In this document: positions 25,700-37,387 of the stretch, one piece after another | Layout: each line of letters opens with the position of its first letter | Position numbering within the stretch: position 1 is the stretch's first letter | Assembly (NCBI GenBank): GCA_013265495.1 | Contig: MU058781.1 | Coordinates: 3,473,050 to 3,537,049, forward strand | DNA length: 64,000 bases | DNA from: Vicugna vicugna | Lineage: Eukaryota | Reading direction: 5' to 3' | Notes under the pieces: generated by a model | Told to the model about the DNA's origin: nothing | Databases searched by the model: none | What the model saw: the letters and a program-made list of their open reading frames with translations, nothing else | Program-made: the position numbers and the translations under genes

Positions 25700-27560
25700 G
25701 AAAATTTAGCTTTTCTAATACATAGTGAAGAACTTAAAAAATTTTTTTTCATAACTATTTAAAACTACGTGCTAGGCACTGTAATATATACAAGAAGAAA
25801 TTGAGACTTACGGGACATGGGGACATTAAGTATCTTATTGATTCTAAAAAACGTTCAAGGCATTCGTGAAAAAGAACGAGAGAGAAATTTCCCTACCAGC
25901 TATCGAAATATGCTAGAAAGTTATACTGAATTATATGGTGCTGGCCCAGGAATAGACAAATACCTTGAGAGGAAAAAAAAAGTGTCTAGAAAGAGATAAA
26001 TATGGAAATCCAGTAGAAGATAAAGGTGGCATTACAAATCTGTGAATAAGGATGAACTGACAAAAAATAGCATAACTGGTAGTTCTACTGCTTACTGTGT
26101 GACTTTGGGCAAGTTATTTAACTGCTCTGTGCTTCAGTTTCCTCATCTGTAAAAACATGTTAAAATAAAACAACTCATTAATAAAGGAAATTCAGCACTG
26201 GCTGGCATGATGCTCCTTCTCAATAACTGTTAACCAGAGTGGGAAGGAGGAGGCAGGCAGTGAGGTACTGGCTGAAGTTGTGCTGCAATTAACCACAAAG
26301 GAACAAAGTCACATTTGCATCTGATACGCCAGTCACAAAGGAAAGTTCCTCATAAATTAAAGGACTCTAAATGTTGAAATATTTTTCAAAGATAGCTTTT
26401 TAAAAACCTGTTTTTTTAATCTCAGGGTTAGAAAGGCCTTTCTAACTTAGATACAGAAAAGCCAAAAAAAAAAATTGACAAATCCAACTGTATCAACTTT
26501 ACATCTTTATACAACAGGGAGAAAGGTTTTCAGAGAGAAAATAATTTATAAAACAAAGGATAAATATCCAGCATATGTCGATAATTCTTACCCCCCCAAA
26601 AAAGGAAAGAGGTAAACAAAATAGAAAGGTAGACAAATACAGCGACCAATAAACATACCCAAAGCTGTTTAACTGCACTCAGAAGTGAGGCTACAGAAAT
26701 TAAAGTGGGCTACCATTTCACTATGAGGGTGGCAAACACTGAAAAGACTAATGCTATCATGTATTGCCAATAGGGTGGAAAAGAGGACATCTCATAGAAT
26801 GGAGAAGCAAAACTGGTCCAACTTGTAGGTGAGTAATCTGGCAGTTAACAAATTTAATGACGTCTCTTTCAATTGTGCGTTCCCTGTGTAGGTAACCCAC
26901 CCCTGGGAGAGAGACAGACAGACACACACACACACACACAGGAACATGTCACATGCAGGCGGTGTGACTGTTAGCATGGAGCTGTTACATTAAATTATGG
27001 CAAACTCTTAACAGAAAATACTTTGAGAATTTAAAAAAAATTTTAGAGGTGGTTCTAAATGAGTGGCTCTCAATCTTAGCTTCACTTCAGAATCACTCTG
27101 AGTTTTGTTTTTTTTTAAATGAGAATTTTGGGGCCCCACCTGTGGAGATGCTGATTTAACTGGTCTAGGAGGAGGAAAGGCACTGGTCATTTTTAAGTGC
27201 TCCCAGTGGCACTAGTAGGAAGTCAGGGAAGAAAATTACTTACGCGTACTAACATGGAAAAGCTCTAAAACATTAAGTTTAAAGAAAAAACACAGGGCCA
27301 TATAAACGGTATGTACATACATATTTTTTAAAAAAACATAAGTTACATACACACACGTTGCACAGGTATGCACTCACTCTCAGCCATTCTTGTGCACACA
27401 AAGCAGCCTAGACAAACACACACCACGCTGATGACAACGCTTACATCTCAGGGGTGGGGGAGGGGAGGTGCTGGCGCAGGTGCGCAACACTGGATTCAGC
27501 TGGATAGTTTCACGCTTCCACAATGTGTCTACTACTTGTATTATTCAAAATACATTTTTA
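25700..27560 (+). mobile_element. Ancient L1 (L1ME-like) fragments with nested MIR (about 26075-26230) and MER5-like (about 27050-27200) remnants
   Basis: Degenerate L1 ORF2/3' text such as gataaaggtggcattacaaatc and taccatttcac...ggcaaa, plus a MIR core ctgtgcttcagtttcctcatctgtaaaa. Confidence 0.5.
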
Positions 27561-28584
27561 AAGAAACTATCAAAATGCTACTGAATTTACTCCAATATTA
27601 AGAAAAGCTAATTAAATCATGATGCAACGGGGACTCTTGATTTAATCAGGCAAGTAACATTTACATGTCCTCCAATGCCACGCTTTATTAAAATCAGCTA
27701 AGTGCATTAAATTTTAGAATTCTAAAAACTAAATTTTACTTCACTGAAATACATAAAACACATGCCCATACGGTGCTCTCCGAAGCTGAGGACTCATGCC
27801 AACTGCAGGGACCCTCCGGCTCCCCCAGCCCCCACCAGCGCCCCTTGGCTGAATCTGTGCCCTGTACCACAGTCACCGCTGCCAACAGAATTTCCAAATG
27901 AAACAACTCAATGACTTAAATACAGATTCACTTTCATAAATGAGAAATGAGGGAAGAAACTGGAAGAGAACAGCAAAGGACGCCGGCTCAAGCTGGTGAA
28001 GCAAGTGCTGGGTCTCGGCTTTCCTGTCAGAGGACAGCCCACAGCCGCCGCCTCCCTCCATCCTCTCCCTCTTCACCAACAGAATCCCCAATCCAATGTG
28101 AGATCACACGTGCCAGCACAAAACCACCAAATAAGCCACATGTCCCAGGCTCCACTGCAAACCAGGGCGGCCTGGTGACAAGGTCCTGCCCCACACCAGC
28201 CTGGCAGAAGGAAAGTCTGTCACAGGGGGACAGGCTGGACTGGCTTGTCACACTCCCCTCCTCTACTTCTGATTCCACCTTTCCCTCCATGCCTGGAACA
28301 GGAATGGCGTGGCAGTCGCTCCAGCATCCATCGCGTGATCACGAGAGGAAGAATCACACCTAAGAATGCTGGAGCGGAGGACGGGAGCCTGGGTGTCTGT
28401 CAGTACTGCGGCTGTGGCACCAGCTCAGGGCTGCCTTGCCTCCAGACTCTGGCTTACATGAGGGAAGATAAGAAAGCATCTGTCATGTGGGCTTTCCATA
28501 TGAGCCAAATGCAAACCTCAGGACAGAGAGATAATTCTAGAAAAAGTCAGTGGACTCTAGATCAGGATAAGGAGTGTGACAGAG

Positions 28585-28766
28585 CAGAGGTGAGCAAACC
28601 CCAGCCTGCGGGGGCCAAAGCCACAACCGTTCTTCGATGTGTTGCCGACGGCTGCTTCTGCATGACAGCTGCGGAACTGTGTGACTGCAGAGACATGGAC
28701 CAGCCGGCCCACCCACCTGGAAATATTTACCCTCGGGCCTTTTAGGAAAATATCTGCTGACTCCTA
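28585..28766. mobile_element. MER58A-like hAT-Charlie MITE
   Basis: cagaggtgagcaaac ... aaatatttaccctcgggccttttaggaaaatatctgctgactcct resembles both MER58A termini. Confidence 0.65.
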
Positions 28767-28878
28767 CTATGGTGGGTCCACTCAACTGCACTGGCACCGG
28801 GAGGTAACGGCATTTCCTGAAGACCCCTATTACCACGGCTCGCCCCCACCCCACAGGAGCCAAGACATCATCCCTCAC

Positions 28879-29016
28879 CAGCTGGGGCAGAGAATCCCGG
28901 TACTTGTTATTCAACTGGTTCACAAAGCATCGGGTGATCCAGTAACAGTCCACGCTGTCTTCCACCATCTCTTCCATGGCTTTAGCAATGGCGAGAAAGA
29001 CTTCATCTTCTGGCTC
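28879..29016 (-). CDS. TBC1D7: TBC1D7 coding exon 4 of 7 ([46 protein letters not shown])
   Basis: ttaatctttcag| acceptor, |gtgagg donor, 138 nt. Confidence 0.97.
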
Positions 29017-30748
29017 CTGAAAGATTAACAACAAATCTCAAGAGGAAGGAGGAAGAGAGAAATCCGTAATTCTTTAATAAAAATGAAGCCTTGCTCCCTA
29101 AATTTTGAAGAGGCTGCAGGAAACCAAAGTGGGACCAAAAGCAGTCACTAAACAGACGACCAGAGGGAGATGAGGACGAGCAACCAGAGGAATCTGCCTG
29201 CACCAGTGTTGCTTCTGATGATCAGGTTTCAGCCTGACGCACAGAGATTTTCCAACTTCTAACATTAAGGCCAATGAGTCAACATAAATCCAAACAAAGG
29301 CTGAGTCTCTACCCAAAAATATTCCTAGTGCTAGAGAATTCCTCTTAAACAGATGTGATAAACAGCACAAATAACTAGAGACATTCACCAACACGGCAAT
29401 TTGCAAAAATTAAACGACCCCTAAAGGACTAATAAGCACTTTATTTCAAAGCATTCATACATACCTTTAGAATTTTATTCTGTCTTTAAGCACCTGAAAA
29501 GCTAAAAATGTCCCTAGAATCAGAATTTTAGGACCTGGAAGTATGGCATTTCTCAACCCTGGTGTCAATACTCAGAACATGAACGTAAACCCTCAAATAG
29601 ATTTCTAAAGAAATCTTATAAAAACTGGAATCTACTTGAAAAATCTGTTTTCTAATACCGTATCTTATACCAAAAGCTTTACATTTTTCAACTAGGACTT
29701 AACAGCTGAAGGATTTTAACGTTGGAAAAAAAAACCAACAACTATAAAGTTTCTTTCTACTCCCCTAAAAAGTCTGAAGCTAAATCAAAATCCCTATTTT
29801 AATACAAGTATTTCATTTTAGGCCTCTCTCAACTTACTAACATGCTACAAAATGTGAAGGGTAGCAGAACCATAGAAAATAAAATTCTCCAAAACACTTG
29901 TTAATGTGTCAGGGAAGGAGACAAGAGAAGAGGAAGAAAAGGGAAAGGGAGCATCCTTCCTTGGACGCCCGCCTGGCCCCGCGTGTTCCAGGACATGCCA
30001 TCTCCACACTGCCCACCAGCGGCAGCATCTTGGACCAACGCCCTCAGCTGAGCTCAGCATCTGTGCTCCCGCCCTGGGCCGAGCACTGTCGCACAGGCGT
30101 ACTAAAAGATACAAAAAATAAGGCTGACTGGGGCTTGGTGACCCAAGGGACACGAGCCCAAAACGAACCCCTGGGCAGCAAGTGTGCCCGAGGCCGCAGC
30201 ACAGGTATCTGGGCCTGGCAAGTGGAGCCGAAAGGAGGTGGAAACTATGACCCACCACGCAGACTTCCTGAGCTAGTGGATAAGCTCCCCTAATTTCACA
30301 TATAATTTAAGAAGTCGGGTAATACTATCAACTAACTGCATTTGCCAATGGAAAAAAAATTACAGAAATTTAAGAGTCCCAATTATTCTCAGGGCTATTC
30401 TCTCCTGACAAACTTAAAGGTGGATGGCCTAAGATTTATCCGTAGGATCCACATCATTAACCTCAAAAGAAAGAACAAGGCAAAGCTTAAACTGCTGTGC
30501 TGGCAGGTTGCAATCTGCTGCCCCAGAAAATGACAGAACAGCACAGTTTGCAGGACAATCCCTGTTTTTGACAATTCAGCCAAAAGTTAAAATGCCTGGA
30601 TTGAAATGTAAGAGGCAAAGAGCCGAAGCCGCGGAGCTGTGGGCACTACTCTGACTGCCCTCCTCTTCCTCCCTTTCTCTTTCCTTTATAAATAAGCAGT
30701 CCAGTCAGCAAGAAGACCAAGGAATGTGTCGAAGATGAAGTTTAAAAA

Positions 30749-30905
30749 TGTTTTGGAACTAGCCAGAAGTGATGTTTGCACGACACTGGGAATGTACTGA
30801 ATGCCACTGAATTTGTTCATTTTAAAATGGTTTATTTCTAGATTGTGAATTTCACCTCAGTAAATTATTTAAATAAAAAATAAAGAATTAAAATTAAAAA
30901 AAAAA
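30749..30905 (+). mobile_element. 5'-truncated L1 3' end (L1MB-like) with A-rich tail and 17-bp TSD
   Basis: tgttttggaactag...aatgccactgaatttgttcattttaaaatgg...ttcacctcag followed by an A tail; aagatgaagtttaaaaa at 30732-30748 and 30906-30922. Confidence 0.8.
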
Positions 30906-31039
30906 AAGATGAAGTTTAAAAAGCAGGCTGGAGCCTGTGGCGCTGAGGCCAAGGAGGGGTCAGGGCCAAGGAGGCAGTCAGAAACTACAAGGCCTGTGGG
31001 GCCTGCTGGCCAGGGCCGAGGAGGTAGCTGGCCGTGTCA

Positions 31040-32715
31040 GTTACAGAGGAATGAGCAAAAAAGTACAATGAGGCTAATGGAAGCCTCTTCGAATGTGCAA
31101 CTGCCAGATAAGGAAGGTGCAAATACAGAAAGGGTGAGGGCTAGAATGAACTCATAATAGTAGAAAGGAATTGGCACGGTTACCACGAACTCAGGGTTTT
31201 TATTACGGAGAGACAGACATGCAAACGTGTGTGTGCGAATGTGTGTATTTCCTAACTTTGTCTGCTGTGAGCGCCTTAGAAGCCATGGCAAACCAGCGAC
31301 AATGAACATACCTAACTAGCATTCTGTTCTTGGTTTCTAAATACAATACACCATTCAAAAAAAAAAAAAAGCTAACTCCAGGCCTGGGGCAGGAAATGTA
31401 CTAGGAATATCTTTTTGTGCCAAAAAGTAAGGATATGCTCAAAATGATGGGAACTTATCAAAAAGACACAGACTTCAGCTTGAAAGGGTTTCCACTGGTG
31501 AAATCTGGGACAATCTGAACATCAAAACCATGGTAGAAATGAATTATAGGTCACTGAAGAAAAAGGGAATCTATAAATTCATATTAATATAAATGAGGGA
31601 GAAGGGAAAACTCTTCCACAGAAAAGAATGCCGACTGTTCAATGCAGACGGCATGGAGGAGTCAGAAAGTCACCATCTGGCAAGCAGCACAGCAGAAATT
31701 GTTCCAGGCCACAATCATCAGTGGGTTGATATTTACACAGTCTCAAAGTACCTCCCCACAAGTTACTTATTAATTACAAAGGGAAAAATAGCAATCTCAC
31801 ATGGGAGAAACCTGGCAGACACCACCTTAACCAAGTGATCAAAGTCAGCAGAGTAACTATCACACTTCTGTGGTATTTCTGCCAGAAACGCACAACCAGA
31901 CTTTAATCATGTGGAAACCTACAAACCCAAGCTGAGAAACGCTCTACTGGCTCGAACTCTCCAAAACGGTCAAGGTCATGAAAGATAAGAAAGGACTGAG
32001 GGGCTGTTTCAGATTAAAGGTGACTAAAACATGGCAATAAATGTGATCCCAGATGGGACCCCAGACCAGAAAAAGGTCAGTGGAACAGTCAGCAACATTT
32101 CAACAAAGGCTAGATAGGTTAGTTCACAGTACTGTATCAACGCTAAGTTTCTGGTTTTGATAAATAACCAGAGTACAATTAAGGTGTAACATCTGAGGAT
32201 GCCAGGTGAAGGTACATGGCAACACTATACTCTGCACAACTTTTTTCTACGTCTAAAATGATTTTAAAATATCAAAAAATTTTTAAATCAGCAAAAGGTA
32301 TAACTAGTGGTTGAGATGTTGCTAATTTCTGAACCAAAACTTTTATTGTTTGTAATAAAGGGAATGATACGGACAACTGGTCAAACGGGAATGGAGTCTG
32401 AAGATTAGATGTTAATACTGTATCAGTGTCAACTTCTTGGTGCTGATGACTGAACTATGGTCACCTAGGGGAGAGTTTTTATCTTCAGCAAGTACACACT
32501 GAAGGAATCTGAAGTAATGGGATGCCATGTCTACATCTGATGCTCAAACGGTTTGGAAAAAAATATGTATGCACATATACAGGAAAAATGACAAAGTAAA
32601 TGTAGTACAATGTTAACAACTAGGGAACCAGGCTAAAGGGTTTATGGGAATTCTTAACAGTATTGTTGCAGCTTTCCTGTAAGTTTGAAATTACTTCAAA
32701 ATAAAATTTTAAAAG
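31040..32715 (+). mobile_element. Ancient L1 3' regions (L1MC/L1ME-like)
   Basis: cctggggcaggaaatgtac, ggagaaacctggcagacaccaccttaaccaagtgatcaaagt and ttcctgtaagtttgaaattacttcaaaataaaa are typical L1MC/ME 3' sequences. Confidence 0.65.
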
Positions 32716-32885
32716 ATTGGGGAGATTGGATCAGAACGTACAGGGCCATGAGAGCCAGATCTGCTGCTTTTACCCTACAAAGCAGAGTCACTGAAAGTTC
32801 GTAAGGCAAAACATGATGCGATCACAGGCTGGCAAGACAGAGCAGTCTCGAGTTGAGCCAAGGGTCAAACAAAAGTACCACTAAC

Positions 32886-33073
32886 CAGTGGAAAGGAGGG
32901 ACTTCGAGGCAACTTCCCAGACTCCAGCCGATGCATGTGGAGATAGACTTCAACCTGCGGTGTGGCATCACTGATAAAGCGAATGACTTCCAGGGCATGA
33001 AGGACATCAGAGTACTGCTCCTTGCGATACGTCATCACCTGGGCATGGGACTCGTGGTGTGGAGGCAAGATTC
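32886..33073 (-). CDS. TBC1D7: TBC1D7 coding exon 3 of 7 ([63 protein letters not shown])
   Basis: ggtctctgtag| acceptor, |gttagt donor, 188 nt; retains the RSPSFP motif around Ser124. Confidence 0.97.
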
Positions 33074-33442
33074 CTACAGAGACCCAAGGGGGAGGAAAGG
33101 GGCAAAATACTGAGGCGCCAATCCAAACCCCACCTCTACGAAAGAGAATCCTGGGAGAAGCTGCCTATCACAATTAGACTAGGACCCACAGATATTTAAT
33201 CACCGTGATGACTCTCTTTGAGAAATTCTCACTATGAAACAATACAATCTTAAATTTTAAATACTATCAATATTTGAAATGGCAACTGAATCACTGCTAT
33301 TAAGGAGAAATGAAATAAATATGCCACATAAATTCAAGATAATTACACCCGTTACAATACTGATTTAATTCAAGTTTAAGGTTGTCAGCCTGGGGCCACC
33401 CTTAGACCTCCAGAGCTATCTCCACTTTTTGCATTTGGCCCC

Positions 33443-33772
33443 TAATGGACTGAATTGTACCCCCTCCTCCACAATTCACATGCTGAAGCCCCAAATGTGC
33501 CTGATTTGGAGACGGGGCCTTTAGAAGATAATTAAGGTTAAATGAGGTCGTAAGAAGGGGCCCCAGTCCAATAGGGCCAGTGCCCTTATAAGAAAAGGAA
33601 GAGACACCAGAGCTAGCGGTCTCTCCTCCCCCTCTCATGTGAGGACAGCAAGAAAGTGGCCACCTGCAAGCCAGGACCTGAGGCTTCACCAGGAACTTTA
33701 AAATGGGCCAGCACCTCCATCTTGGACTTCCCAGCCTCCAGAGCTGGGAGGATACACACTGTTGTTTAAACC
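33443..33772 (+). mobile_element. MLT1-type MaLR LTR
   Basis: atggactgaattgt...aattcacatgctgaagccc...atttggagacggggccttta...aattaaggttaaatgaggtcgtaag...ggacttcccagcctccagagctg. Confidence 0.8.
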
Positions 33773-34991
33773 CAGGACTCTCACAAATGTCTCTACAGGC
33801 ACTTGTTTCCTCATCTGCCAGAGGCAGATAAAGCATTTCACCAAATGTTCTCTGCAGAACATGAGCCCGAAGGGTCTTCATGAGAATAAAGGTACCCTGG
33901 TCAAACAGATTTGGGAAATGGTGACAATGAATTTAAGGCTTTAAGTTTTGCTATAAAGAAAAACGTCGTTTACTCTAGCCTCATTAAACGTAATGAAGCT
34001 GTATTGCAGCACAAGCTCTAGGAGTCCAAGTTTCTGGGTGTGAGTCGAGCTCTACAGCTAACTGTCTACATGACCTTCTGCAACTTATTTGATCTCCCTG
34101 TGCCTCAGCTTCCCCACCTGAAGAATGGGAGTAATAATACCCGTTTCACACAGGTGCAATGATGAATCAACAGATCAGCAACGCACAGCACTCAAGAAGC
34201 ACACGGCACACGCTAAGCTCATATGCATTAGCTAGCACAGCTGCTGATGGACCCCTCTTTGGTGCAAACCACCACGGATCCAGCATCTTCAATGTTCTGG
34301 GAAACAAGCTGGATGAGCTTGACCGACGCCAGCTAACATGGTGCCACATTAATGTGAGAGCCAAACTTGCTTAAATGTTTGTCCTGACATAAATCTTTAC
34401 AGACCTTAGCCATGGGGTTCTGTGCCAGGCCTCCAGAAAAGCCGAGGACGAACACTCAGGTGCCCTCCAACCTGGGTTAATACAGCCAAACCCCGAGCAC
34501 ACTGCTCGAGGCGGCACCCGCTTCCCATGTTAAACTTGTCTCCTACGATCTGGTCCTAAAACATCTCCTTCTGATACTAACTAAAATGGTTTCAGGAGGC
34601 AGGCATGCCAAGGACCCCGAGCTATCAACCACCTGTTCTAGGAAGAGTCAGCCTGTCTCCAATGTAGCGTGGCAGCTCTAAACCTCCAGTGCCTTTTACC
34701 TCGAAAACAAGAACAAAGACTTACCTGATAAAGGAAGCCACGAGAAACAGAGGTGACGAACAGCCTGACAGGCCTCGGCGCTTAGCTGCAAAGTACAACT
34801 GTCCATCTCACACTAATCCACTGGCACTTAATAGGACACATGGTATTTCCCAGCAGAAATAAATGATCATCGACATCACCACCTAAAAGGCACCCCTAGA
34901 AGGCATTTATTTTAATGGGCACTGGAAACATTAAGACTTAAAAAACGCTCAGGGAAAAACTGAAACCGTTTTCACATGTGCTCTATATTTT

Positions 34992-35107
34992 GATTCAGTT
35001 TTGGTGGATTGTACGTGTCTAGAAACTTGTCCATTTCTTCTAAGTTGTCCAATTTATTGCCATATAGTTGTTCACAGTATTCTTTTACGGTTTTTTCTAT
35101 TTCTGTG
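34992..35107 (-). mobile_element. Internal L1 ORF2 fragment (116 bp), no poly(A), flanked by 19-bp TSD
   Basis: Reverse complement matches the ORF2 segment also seen at about 10407-10520. Flanks are cacatgtgctctatatttt (34973-34991) and cacacatgctctatatttt (35108-35126). Confidence 0.85.
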
Positions 35108-36177
35108 CACACATGCTCTATATTTTAACCATACGGTGACCTATTAGAAATACAAGCATACAGACTGCCGAGATGCACAACAAAAAAGGCATCCTGCAGT
35201 GCTTCCTAGTGCGGCCTGCATCCCCTCGCTGCCCCCACATCACATAATCAGACTGAGGACTACAGATTTCTCAAGTCCTGAAAATACTGTACATTTTGGA
35301 AAGAAAGCAGTGCCTACATCTACCCTAACTTCAAAAGGGCCCGACAAACCTGAGCTCAAATCCTAGCTCTGCCACTTACAGGCTAAGGCCTTAGGCAAAT
35401 TATTTAGCCTTAGTCTTTTCCCATCAGTAACACGGATATTGATACCTGCCCGTCATTAAGATTACTTTTTTTCTCCCGGAATGCAAAGGAGAGCGGGAAT
35501 GGATGGGTATTTTATGCATCTGCAGGCTCAGCGATGATCAAGAACAAAAAATCCATAGCGCAAAAGGAATGCTGCCAGTCATTTTGGGCCCCTAGTACAC
35601 TTTCTCTTCCACAGAAACTGAGCAAGATCATGTTTCCCTTCTCCTTCAGCCGATCATCGCTGGAATGTATTCATCTGTGCTTCTAGAAGTAAGAACCCTC
35701 CAATTCTTTTTGACTCTGATAGAGCTCATCAGGAAGTTATGCCTCTACAGCTGGGAATCACAGGCTAAAACTGAAAGCTAAAACCTAGGTGTTAATTTAG
35801 CTCAAATCTACTCTCATTTTACAGATTAAAAAAAAAAAAAAAAGAGGCCTAGGGAAAAGGTCTAAAGGGTCTTCTTCAAGGTTACCCAGCTGACAGCAAA
35901 GCCTAGACCAGTTCTTCCTCCCAGCCCGATGCTCCCCACACCTGTGTCAGGAAGGTACGTTGCTGTCTCTTCTAACATTACAGACACTCTTACAGCGACC
36001 TTCCGTGTCCTGCCACTGAAGTCTCCTTCTTCAAGGCTTCCCAAGTGAGCTCCTGGGGTTAGATCCAGCATTCAGTAAAAAGCCTAAACATATCCTCCTT
36101 TTTCTAACCGATGGATACCAATGGTCCAATCATTCAACATTTTTGAAGATAAAGCTTCCAACTCTTGGGAATCATAC

Positions 36178-36258
36178 CTAAAAGCACCTTCCAGACCAAC
36201 GCACGGTACATGGACGGGAGCGGGAACCTCTGACTAAAAGTGCAAAGTTTCTCGACAT
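36178..36258 (-). CDS. TBC1D7: TBC1D7 coding exon 2 of 7 ([27 protein letters not shown])
   Basis: tttttcgtcctctag| acceptor, |gtatga donor, 81 nt. Confidence 0.97.
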   Translation of the reverse strand: MSRNFALLVRGSRSRPCTVRWSGRCF

Positions 36259-37275
36259 CTAGAGGACGAAAAAAAAAATAATTAGATGCTTTTCATGCTG
36301 ACCACGATACGTACAAGTGCATTTCATTTTTTAAAACTGGAAGTTGTAAGAGATTTCTTCACAGAAAGTCTGCCATAGAGTCAGCAAATCTAGGAAAGGT
36401 TTAACACGAGACTGAGTTCAGCCCAGGTGTTCCAACTAGCTATTTAAAAACAATTAGCATTTCACTGCATAAGAGATGTATTTTGTATATATTACGACAT
36501 TCATTATAACATTAGCAGTAGTTACTATGTATAGAACATTTCATTTATCCACACTGCAAGCTTGTCAGGTAGTTATTGTTTTAAAGATGCAGAAACTGAA
36601 GTTCAAAGCAGTTAAGTGACTTAACTAAGTTAACATAACTGGCAAGTGGCAGTCAACCCACAGGTCTGCACATTCTCCAACAAACCACATTCAACCATCC
36701 TGGAACTCAATTCCTCTACTCATCAAGTGAGAATTAATATTTAAAGCACAGACTATCCAGTGAGGATCTAAGATCAGGTGGAAAGTGGTTTTGAAACTTT
36801 AAAAGCACTCTATGCATTTAAACTACTATTTTTAACTATGGTTCAGTTTATCTTACTTTAGTTAGCAACAGAACAGACCTCATTATGACTGGATTAGGTT
36901 AAAAAAAAGTCAATATACAAGGTAGTCTTAGTATTTCCATAAAAGAAAATCATGGCAAGAGTTGCTGCAAATCTACCCAGAAGCTATGAAGACACCTCTG
37001 AAAACTAAGAAAGGAAAATATATGGGTTTAATAAGAGAAAAAAATATTACTGACTTCTTAAGCGGCCTTTCAAAAAGGTCTGGCTCTGACTCAGTCAGAG
37101 GTAAACTTGAAAAATTCTTCACTTCTCCCAAAATACACTATTCTGCTGTCATCCTATCAGTAAAAAAATACATGGCAGATGACAAATACCTTTGGATGCC
37201 TTAAAAGGTAATGTTTATTCCAGAAGATCTGGCAGACTGAGAACCAATAAGCTTAATTTAACTTACAAAACTCAC

Positions 37276-37387
37276 CCAGCCGGTCATCTTTTAGGAGAAT
37301 TTCTAATGATTTCTTTTCTTCAACTCCACGGAACCCCACTTTTTCATAATATACTGAGCGAAAGTTTCTCTGGGAGTCCTCAGTCAT
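37276..37387 (-). CDS. TBC1D7: TBC1D7 (TBC1 domain family member 7, TSC-complex subunit) first coding exon ([37 protein letters not shown])
   Basis: ATG at 37387-37385, 112 coding nt, |gtgagt donor; recognisable TBC1D7 N-terminus. Confidence 0.97.
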
